Source: Setoptus koraiensis
Lineage: Eukaryota > Animalia > Arthropoda
Assembly: GCA_048013815.1 (NCBI GenBank)
Contig: CM106586.1
Location: forward strand, 14,012,001 to 14,076,000
DNA: 64,000 nt
Direction: 5' to 3'
Under the pieces are notes generated by a model. That model ran no database searches. It worked only from the letters and a program-made list of their open reading frames with translations, and was not told where the DNA came from. A program made the translations under genes and the position numbers. Positions 25,085 through 35,351 of the stretch are shown one piece after another (within the stretch, counting starts at the first letter, position 1; the number at the start of each line of letters is the position of its first letter).

Positions 25085-25797
25085 AGTGCGGGCACCACTG
25101 AATAGGCCTGCCCGGGTTGGGCAGGGCGCCGCGCCGCGTCGGACAAGTCGGCGACCACAAGCATGATTAGTTGCTGCATGGAGGCACATTATTGGGGCCG
25201 CTTGCTTCGATAGATACGCTCGCCCGTTGATTGTGTGGCTCGGCCGGCCGCGGTCTGCTCGGATCGCTCGTATCGCGCCAGCGGGCTCAATCGGAGCCGC
25301 TCGGGCCATTCAGGGCCCCTGGAGGCGCGTCGCATGGAGGCTCCAGGACGGAGTAGAGGGCGCGTTTTTACAATGTTGCCATATCGGGGCTTATTACTAT
25401 ATTGCAGCGACGCACAACGGGCACCATGTAAACAATCGATCGCGATCGCCGGCGCGTCAGCGGGGCGCTTGCAGCAACTGGACAAGCGCCAACCAACACC
25501 GGCTTATACTCGACTGGCGGTCGTGTTTGCAAACAGCCATTGGCAAGGCGCCCATTGAGTGGCTGTCGGCGGCGCAGTGGCCGCTCGCGGACGGCCCGTT
25601 TGGGGACAGCTCGTTCGGGCTCGTTCGGGCTCGTTCGGAATCGTTCAGCGTGCGTATTGGGAGCGTTGTGCCGAGCGGGCTGAGCGGGCCGCGCGGCCGC
25701 GCGGCCGAGTGACACACAAAAAACGGGCGCTAGATTTGATTGATGGGCACCGAAAGTGGTAGTAATTTGATTGATGCCGCATAATAACGCTACTTAC

Positions 25798-25889
25798 CCT
25801 AGGTGATCACGAACATGTCTCTCGATATCATAGATGGCTTCATAATTTTGACTACAACCAGGCCACGTGCATGTGAATATCGTGCGCGT
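25798..25889 (-). CDS. ZNF704: Internal exon encoding the single C2H2 zinc finger of the same ZNF704-family gene
   Basis: Translates to TRTIFTCTWPGCSQNYEAIYDIERHVRDHL(G), a C-x4-C-x12-H-x3-H finger with the family CxWPxC...I.RH...HLG pattern. Donor GG|GTAAGT at 25798/25797 is phase 2, matching the phase of the 5761 acceptor and giving [17 protein letters not shown]. The 5' boundary (AAAGCAG|ACG at 25890/25889) is less certain than the 3' boundary. Confidence 0.85.
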
Positions 25890-25970
25890 CTGCTTTGTTT
25901 CGAGTGGGGCGCCGTTCAAATGAGCCCATTGATCAGTGGGGCAACCAGGCATACGCATACATGTGCATAT

Positions 25971-26070
25971 ATATTGGCGCATATTGGCGCATATCGGCAC
26001 ATATTGGTATATTTTGGTATATTTTGGTATATTTTGGTACATTTTGGTATATTTTGGTATATATTGGTAT
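25971..26070. repeat. 10-bp tandem array, 10 copies
   Basis: Units shift from ATATTGGCGC to ATTTTGGTAT. Confidence 0.93.
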
Positions 26071-28025
26071 ATATGCAATCCAGGGGTATTTCCGGCAGCG
26101 GGTTTTGGCGTCCGTGCGGGCGTACGCGCGGGGCGCGATGATGATGAGCGGACGGAAGCGGAGCCCGTGGAGCGAATAATAGCATTGATAGATCCGGCGT
26201 GAGACGTCATTTTTAACATTGCGTCACACGCAGCGTTTGCAGAGTTTGCCGGGCCAGGTGAGTTGAAATGTGTGAAAGAGAGTGAGAGAAAAAGAATGGG
26301 TTAGCTCGTTTGTCTGTCTGTCTGTCTGTTTGTTCGTTTGTTTGCTGACACTGTTTGCAGAGACAGCGCCAGGTGAGTTGCATTGTGTTGTGACCAGCAG
26401 GTAGTTTGTGTGTTTTAGGTGTGCATGCCATATTTTGGGGCACACGCTCGAAAAAGGGGCCCCAATTGAATGGATCTGGCGTCATTGTTGTGGCCGTTTC
26501 GGCTGCCGCTGTTGCTGGCTGGCTGGCTGGCTGGCCAACAACGACAGCAACAACAGCAGCAGCAACAACAACGGCAACAACAACAGCGACGCCCGACGAC
26601 AACCACAACAATGTGCACGAAGAAGCACCTGTCAGGCGCCGCCGGCCTCAATGGCGCATAATTAAATGGGCGCCGTCTCTTTGTTGGCCCGTTTCAATGT
26701 GCCAACAAAGAGACGATTGTGCTCAGTTTGGCCAGTTCAGTGTGCGACCAGTTTAGTGTGGCCGAGCCGGCCAGCGCCGGGTCGCGCCGGGCCGGTTTTG
26801 TGGCGCTCCACAATCGACTAAATGAACGCGAACGACAATTACGACACACACAATACAATTGGCGAACAATTGAAAACACTTGCAATTGGTCATTTTTCGC
26901 CAACTTGTCGCCAGGTGGAACTGCGCGCCCATGCCGGCACTCCCACACTGGGAGGCCCGCACTGTGAGGCTCACTGTGAGGCGCGCACTGTGAGGCTCGC
27001 GGGGGACAGTGTTCAGTTAGTGAGCGATTATGTCGCTGCCGCCAATGATACCGCCAATGATACCGGCCGACGGGTAGCGGCCGCCTGAGCGGGCCGGTAG
27101 CGGCTTGCACGGCGCGGCGCGGCGCGACGGGAGCTTGTTTGGTTTGGCGCAACATGCGCATTATTGCAATTGGACATCGATTGTCACTTGTAAATTGGTC
27201 ACATACTCACACGAGCCGCTTGTGTCGCAAGCGGCCGCTTGCGGGTATGCCAGCTAATGCGGCCATTGTTTGCGTGGGCGCCCGTTACTCATCATCAGGT
27301 GGCCCCGATTGGCGGGGGCGCCTGATGATGCCGCCAGCTGAGGCGACTGTGTGCGTGTGTGTGTGAAACTGTGCCACTGGCAACAGCGCTGTGCAATGTG
27401 CTGTAAATATCTGCTGTCTGTTGGTTGGTCGTTGGCTCGTGATAGCGAAACGACGACGACCAAGTGAACGAGAACATGAAATTAGATTTATGCAAATTAG
27501 ATAGCTGCCGCTTGTGCGTGTGTGTGTGTGTGATCTAATTTTGGGCCCGCGCGTTGGGCATCAGCGCACGGCTTATCGAGCGGCACACGGTGTTTGGTTG
27601 CACGGGCAAGTGGGCCAACAAAGGTTGCCAGCGGCACGGATAGGGCTGCCAGCCGATTGCAAGTTGGGCGAACGGGCCCAGTTGGCAACGGGGGCCCCCG
27701 AGAACGTGCTCGCGCGACACAGGAAGCCCGACAAGGTGCCCGGCTCACTGTTTGTGCTGACTGTGTGTGCGCGCGCTGATGAGCAGTGTTTGTTGGCCAA
27801 CTGGCGACTGTTCTTTCAATCATTTATACAACAACAACAACAACAACAACAAGTATTATGCAACAACGACTGCTCGCCGCTCGCCAGGCCAGCATCAATA
27901 TCAGCGTCGCCATCAGCGCGACAACAATGCCTACAACGACAACAGCGCCACCGCCACCACCAGCAACAACAACAACACGCTGCTGCATGTCGCGGCCGTG
28001 ATAGTTGTGTTATTGTTGTCGTTCG

Positions 28026-28027
28026 GT

Positions 28028-28104
<77 letters not shown>

Positions 28105-28120
28105 TTGTTGTTGCTGTTGC
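28026..28120. repeat. (TTGCTG)n hexamer microsatellite
   Basis: Near-pure GTTGCT repeat of about 95 nt. Confidence 0.95.
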
Positions 28121-31100
28121 GTCACACACTGGCGGAATACGAACGCACAATATCAATAAAACAGCTGGCCACATTGATACAATGCCACCGGCCGCCGCCG
28201 CCGTTGTTATGTAAGGCACGTTCGCAAACATAACAAATTAAGCAGTCTGGCGATGCAAATTTGACGTGGCCAGCGCTGGCCGGCTCGTGGCCAGTGGCTC
28301 GTGGCAAGCGGCCCGCAAATGAAATGAGATGCCAGATGATTATGATTATGATTATGTTCGAGTAGCATAAATCGAGCTCTAATCGCGCCATCCCGGCATG
28401 GCGCACCGCATCCGAATTTGGCGACATTTGCGGTTTGGCTGGCCGCTGTAAATGTATCACCATTATATCGTCATTGACAGGCGCCCGCGCGCGGTTGCCA
28501 TCCCCAACTGATTGGTTCCCTGTGTCCCTCTGTCTCCGTACGCTTATGTGTGGCGCGGCGCGGCGGCTTTGCGTCCGCGGCTGCCCATATGCGCGAATAA
28601 ATTTCGCCCATATAGATTTATATTTGGGGCCCATTAGTCGCTGGCTCGCTGGCTCGCTGGTGTGCGTGTCGTGACAGTTATGCGAGCGTGCGTCATGGCG
28701 AAAATTTGTGCGCGTTTGTCACTATCTATCAAATCGATATGACACACACACGCATTACATAACATCACACACCGAGCTGGCTCGCAATTGATAACCGGCC
28801 CGTTTCCGCTCATGTGCCGCCCGCCGCGCAAAACCCGCCGCTGGCTAGCCGGGCCCGTGCGCAACCGGGCACGCAAGTGGCCGGTCGATGGCGGCGGTCC
28901 CAAGGTTTTGCGGCAGCGCCCCGCGCGATAGGCTGTTGCGCTGCTGCAAAACACGGGCCAACTGGCACAGGAGCACGACGAGCAACGAGTTGCGCGCTCG
29001 CCGGCACAGAACAGTTGTGCGACAGTTGACCGTTATTGGCTAGGCGGCTGCGGCCGCTGCGGCAGCAACTGTCAAACGGTAATACCTCAGCGTGCGGCAA
29101 CCCGAGCGGCGTTGTCGGCGGACGGGGTCAGACAGGAGAGCGACCCGACCGCAGGGAATCGGCATTCTAACCACGGCGCAATATCATTACCGTTCGTGAT
29201 CATCATGGCAACAACCGCGGCAACCACTGCAACTGGGCCAACAACGACAACGACAACGACAACAGCGACAGCAACAACAGCGACAACGACATCGACCGCC
29301 GAACAACGTGTCAGCGTGTGCAAAATGCCCAACTGATAATGATAAGCAACAACACAGCGCACACATAATCTCATCGGTTTAATCTCGATACCCTCTTATC
29401 GCGCCCTTATCGGCGCCCCCGACACTGGCGCTGGCCGTCGCCAGGGGTACCGGCCCGCCGCGCAAGCGCCCCAAAATGCACTTGAGCGCTGAACTCAATT
29501 TTCGGGCCGCCGCTACGCCCGGCGCGACCCGATTAACATGTGAGCGTGGCAGGCGCGCCAAGCGAGCCGGACCCGCGCGGGCAGCGCGCAGCAAGGTTAC
29601 ATAATAATAATAAGGGCGCTTTATTATGCTGCACGGTATATACCATAGTATACAATGTTACGCAAGCCCGCTGTGTGACGGCTCGCTGTACCGCCGGTAA
29701 GGGCGACAACACAACGATGGTGGTGCCATCGTAAACAGCGCTAAAACTGTGATTTATGATTAGATAGTGGAACACGCACACACTTAGCGACTCGCTTTTT
29801 TCTCTGGCTTCGCTGGTTTGCGCTGTGCTGGCGGGCTCCGCCGGTCCGCTGTGTTGGCCGGGTTGGCCGGGTTCGCTGAATGTGCGCGGGCCCGGTTGCG
29901 GGAATTCGCCGAATCGGCAAAGCCAGGTTCGCGGGAAAAATCGCTAGGTGAGCGGCACACGTGGACAGCGGCGGCGGCGGCGGCCCGGCCGCCCGCCAAG
30001 GAGACAAATGATTATAGTCTCCCCTCTTTATCTCTGTTCTTGATCAGCGCGCGCATTGAGAATTCATTATTTGGTCGCACGTGAAGCCGCACACACGCAC
30101 GCACACACACGGCGTGGCCCGGCCCGGCCCGCGCGGATACATGCACGGAATGGGGCCCACTAGATTAAACTAAGTATCTAATTTAAGTATTGTAGCCGGC
30201 TTCGCAGCGGCAATATTTCGCTGCGCGCCGGCAAGCAAATATTTTATTTCACTTGGCTTCATTTCGAACGCGCTCGCGAGCCGTTCCGAACGGTTCACGA
30301 GCCTGCGAGCGCCTTCCCGGGCTCGAGAGCGCTTGCGAACGCCGGGCTCGGCCTGCGAAAACCATCAAATCGCTCACGCTGGGCCCCAACGGGAACGCGC
30401 ACCAGCGGACACACGGGCGGGCGCACCGGCGGGCACACGAGCGGGTGCTGCGCGAGCGGCCGGCCGGCGACGCCGCGGGTGCCTAGCGACGCGCCAGACA
30501 GACCTGTTGTTGTCGGCGCCGTTAGGGGGCCCGGTCACGTCTGGCGATCAATTGGCGATTGTTCGCCGGCGTGCAGCCCCGCCACAGCCGACGGGCCGGC
30601 CAGGCGGACGAGGCGAGCGAGCCGGGCCGGGCCGGCCGGTTGTTGTGGGCGCTGTTGCTTGCGCCGGCGTGCCGATGGCTGCCAATGGCGCCTCAAGAAT
30701 GGCGACCAGCGAAGATTGATGATGGAACGCCGATTTAATGGATACCTCGGCCGCTGGCGGGCCCGCGTGAGTCCGACCATTATCAGTGGGCGCAAATCGC
30801 CCTCGCCACCGGAATGGTGCAGCGGCCGCCGCTGCTGCCACCCGAGAAACAAGTGTGGCCAGTCGGTTGTAGCCAGTGCTCGGCCGGCGCCCGGGCGACT
30901 GCCCGGCGAGAGCCCGTGAGCCCGATGGTCGGGCCGGCGCCAGACTACTCAATCAACTACTGTCTCGCATGTTTTGCCGTCGCCCGAGCGAGCACGACAG
31001 CACCACCGCCAACAACAACAACGACAACGACAACGACAACAACAACAACAACGACAACGACAACACAAACAGCACACACATATTGTATATGGATAAGGAG

Positions 31101-32535
31101 CGCGGCATAACGGTAAATACGGCGCCGGAGTGCGGCAATATTGCGTAACAACAGCAAGTTAGCGCGAGAGCATCATTAGCATATCATTGCATTCGTTTGA
31201 GTGGCCTCTTTCGGCGGCTCTCCGCTGGCCCCCCTGGCCAGCCAAGAGTGTGGCCCCAACTAGCGGCAGACATATAGTGTTAGCGCTAGTTGTAGAGAAT
31301 AGTTTTAGTCTTGGCCGGCGCTAACACTGCAACTATTTTGCCAGAACACACACACACATTTTCTTTATCTATTATGCTCGCCAGCCGGCGGGGCCCCCGC
31401 GTGGACGCTTGTGCGAGCGCGCGGGGCCCCGGCAGCTGACCAAATTGAGTTGTTCTGTCGTGGCGCTGGCGTCGTCGTTTCGTCATCGCACCAGCACAGC
31501 TCCCACGAAGGGGCGCACGAGCGCCGACGTGCGCCCATTTTGCTACAACGTGCCGCTCATTTTGGGCGCTCACACCATCCTGTCGGTTGACAGTTTGTTG
31601 TTGAACACAACACACCCACGTCCGATAGGTCGCCTACGGGTGCCACCGGGTGCCAATTTGCCAATTTGCCAGTTTGCCACGGGTGTCGTATTAATATTAA
31701 TTGCGCCTAAATAAGAGAGCGCTGCCCGCGCGCGCAGACATGCCCCGCGCCCGAAGGCGACTTTGCAGCGGCGGCCCGCTAAACGTGGCGGTCACTCATA
31801 TGCCGCCCAACTCATTAGCCGCATTAGTGACCGGCCTAATGCGCCGGGTGGGCGCGTGTAACCGCCAGTCAGTTTGAGCTGGGCCCCGTTTGGCACACCG
31901 TTTGCGAGCTTGCACCAAGATGCGGCACAGTTGCCGGCCAGGCAAACGATTCGCGCGCCGGGAGCACTCGTATGCCTAGCGTATGCCCATCGCGTCCGTC
32001 TCGACGATTGCGCAACGATTGCCAACACGTTGCCGTGGTGGCGAGCTGGCACGAGCTAAGTGGCACGCATTAACTTATCGCTGTGGGCGCCGGCGCGTCG
32101 TTGTGGCCGAGGCATGAAGCGGGCGCGGTGCCAGCGTTTAAAATGAGCGAGCTGACAAAGCGTCTGGGCGCGCGTAATTGAGACGAAACGCGCCGCCAAG
32201 TGACTAGAAAAAGGCATTAGCAGCGAAGGAGCGAGGGGCGCCCCGTGCGACCCGCCGCTCTTGCGCGCTCTGCGAGGCTCGGCAGGCGGCGAGACCCGCG
32301 AGACTTGGGCGACGCTCGCCGGATCTGCAGCCCCCCTCCGCCCTGCCGGCCTGCTTGTAGCCGGGCAAAAGTGGGGCCAGACAGTCACGACCGGCTGCAG
32401 CTAACTGGCGCACGACTGATGAATGGTGCCCTACCCGTACCTGTTCGTCCATTTGGCACGCTAATGATGGTCGGTCCGCTACACACGCACGCACGCTCAC
32501 GCACGCACTGGCGCGGCGAGCCCGCCCGCACCGGT

Positions 32536-32560
32536 AACTTACCTGTCGGACAGGTAAGTT
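32536..32560. repeat. Palindrome with 12-bp arms and 1-nt spacer carrying CAG|GTAAGT on both strands
   Basis: AACTTACCTGTC-G-GACAGGTAAGTT. Confidence 0.95.
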
Positions 32561-33257
32561 GAGCCACGGATGGACAGGGCACAGGTACAATGGCGGCCAA
32601 GCGAGTCCGCCAGTGCCGCCATTGCTGGCATCGCTGTCGAGCTAGCAAGCGCAAATGCGCCAATGCGGCAAATGGAAGCGGCTGCTGCAACATGACGCAA
32701 CAACCAGCGAAGAATGAGCGACAATCTTGCCAATAGCGGGCCGGATATTTCACGGTGAGCGGATGATATTTTAATGTTGCCCGCCTGGCTCTCGCTGGCG
32801 GCCATTATTTGGCCGCCTGTGCGGGCGCTTGTTGTTGCGCTTTTTGTGCTGCTTGTTGTGCCGGCTGCTGCTCGACAAAACAAGAGCGTGCCCACCAGCG
32901 GAGCCCGACAAATCGGCCGCCGATAGAGGGCCCCCCTGAATGAGCTCAATTCCCGTGAACGCGCAGTGGAAAAACAATTCACCGGCGCAGTGCCGGCGAC
33001 ACACTGATCAACTAGCAATCGGCTTATTATCTGTGCCCTCGCCGAGAAGTTGCCGCCGAGAAGCTCTCGCCGAGCAGTTGTCGGGGCACAATCGCGCGAC
33101 AGAGGGCACCCGAAAGCGTGTCCGCAGTACACGTTTATGCACACCGATGCGAGCGCGCCAAGCGAGCTTGCCGGCACATTGAGGCGAGCCACACCGAAGC
33201 GAGCGAGCTTGCCAAAGAGGCCCAACCGAGGCAACACCGTTCGGCGTGAGGCGCACT

Positions 33258-33312
33258 TTGCGAGCGGCGCGATTGCGAGCAGCGCAATTGCGAGCGGCGC
33301 AATTGCGAGCGG
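33258..33312. repeat. 15-bp tandem repeat, about 3.6 copies
   Basis: Unit TTGCGAGCGGCGCAA. Confidence 0.88.
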
Positions 33313-35274
33313 CCCTGTTGGCGAGCGGCACAGCGGCGCCGGCAAGTGTCAAGCTCGCTCTTCCGCATTATCATTGTCACATTTATATCTCTCAAATATA
33401 TCTGTTTGTGTACGAGTGATGTCTGTATAAACAACGCATCGTGTGCGGATGGGGCGCGTAGCGGGCGAGACAGATTGCGAACAGATTGTTGATTGCGCGA
33501 CATATTTAGTTATATCGTGTCACCGTAATTTGTTTGTTTGTTTTGCCGTGGCATTCGCGTTTGCATGCAGCCCGTCGAAATGGATATCAGCGCGTTCTGG
33601 CAGCGCCGGCACACACACAATTTGATTGCGACAATTTGATTTGTTGCAAACTGCTCTCTCTCTCAAGCAGCTCTCTGTCAGCTGTGAGTATCTATGACAT
33701 CATCACTGCCATTTGGCGCAACTGTTCCCCGTTGTAAACCTTGTTGTTGCCATATGACATCAATTGGCAACGCAACAAGCCAACAACGACACTGTCGAGC
33801 TGTCATTGTCACATTAGCCGAGCGTTGGGCCCGTTGCGACGCGCGACCTTCTAAAATTACATCAAATGTATACATTTGTATACAACTGTCGATTTGAGGG
33901 CAAGTGCAACGGGCACAAGCGACGCCAGCCAGCGCCATTAATCGCGAGCTCGCCAGACTCAAAATGCTGCTCCGAATGCTGCTCAAAATGCCTCAAATTG
34001 CCGCCCGAAATGCCGCCCGAAATGCCGCTTGAAATGGCGCCCGAAATGCACGCCATTTGCGCGAATACAACAGCGCCGCCAATAACGACAATACGGGGGC
34101 CACCAACAGATGAAGACACAGCAAATAAGTGGAGCAATGGAGTGACTAGGCACGCCAAGCGCCACTCGCAACTATATATAGCGACTATGCGACTAGCTGA
34201 CTTGTGAGCGATATGTACAGCGGTCGCCTAGCGGCGTTCGCGCGCCATCTCATGATGCACGGCACATATGACAGTGTTGCTATTCACGCAAGCGAGCTGA
34301 CGCTGCTGCCAACCAATGGCGGCCCATTTAGGCCGCTCTTGCCTGACTGGCCCCTCGATGGGGCGCGCTCGAGCCGGCGAATCGAGGTCGACCTTGAGCG
34401 CGCGTCGGGGCGCTTTATTCAGCTGAATTGAGCGCCGCAGACTGCAGCCAATTCAAATTGGCTGGCGCGACAGGGGCAAAATAACGCCATTGATTATGAT
34501 TGATGCGTGGCAAGCGGCGCCCGAGCCCGAGCGCGAGCGGGGTCGCCAGGCGGCCGGCGCGCCAACAGCAACAACGGCAACAGCAACAACGGCAACAGCG
34601 ACACCAACAACGACAGCAACGGCAACACCGACACCCACACCGACGGCAAATATCGGCTGCCAACAGTGTCCAAGAGCAATCGGCCAATTGCACTTGTTGT
34701 GGTGACATTGAGTCGTGTGTGTCACAAGCCAATGTCAATTAGCCCAGTCAGATGACAAGCGCGCCATCGGCACTTATTATTATTATCATTATTATTATTA
34801 CTATTACTATATTACTGTTATTATGTAAGCTCGGCTGGCATAATTGGGCGCATTGTGTGTGTGTGCATTTTGCGTGTATTTTTCGTGCACTTTGCGTGTA
34901 TTTTGTGTGCAACGGCAGCCACCATCGCGCATCGCATGCAGCATAAATCAAACAAATAATTATCTGCATTTGCATATCTCAGCCTTGCTCGCGAGCGTAG
35001 CCCCACTCTGTCACACAGTCTCTGTGCACTTCTCTTGGGCCACTGCCAGCGATACTTGGCTAGGCCTGGGTCGGGTATCCGCGCCGCGCCGCGCCGCCCC
35101 GCGCGACAAACAAATGGTGCAGCGGCATGATTTATTTGTGCGGTGGCGGCTGCAAACACAAACGCACAATCATTGTCACTGCACCAACAATTGCTACTGG
35201 CTATTGTATTAACAACAAATCTGACCACCACACCGCACGACCGGCCAGCGGCTGCCAAATCATGCGGGCCGCCA

Positions 35275-35351
35275 CGTATTGCGCAATATGTAATACCTAT
35301 TGCGCAATATGTAATACGTATCACGCAATATGTAATACGTATTGCGCAATA
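35275..35351. repeat. 21-bp tandem repeat, about 3.6 copies
   Basis: Unit TATTGCGCAATATGTAATACS. Confidence 0.92.

Larger units (their letters stand above)
5762..25797 (-). other. Predicted 20,036-nt GT-AG intron between the zinc-finger exon and terminal exon
   Basis: GTAAGT donor and branch point/pyrimidine/CAG acceptor with compatible phase 2. The join restores the family HLG...DFYY sequence. Intervening cassette exons are not excluded. Confidence 0.75.

Noticed and set aside
25890-26219. Upstream part of ORF 25794-26219 as coding
   Set aside because: It runs through the 10-bp array (YQNIPKYTK repeats), which is open in several frames and has no family similarity.
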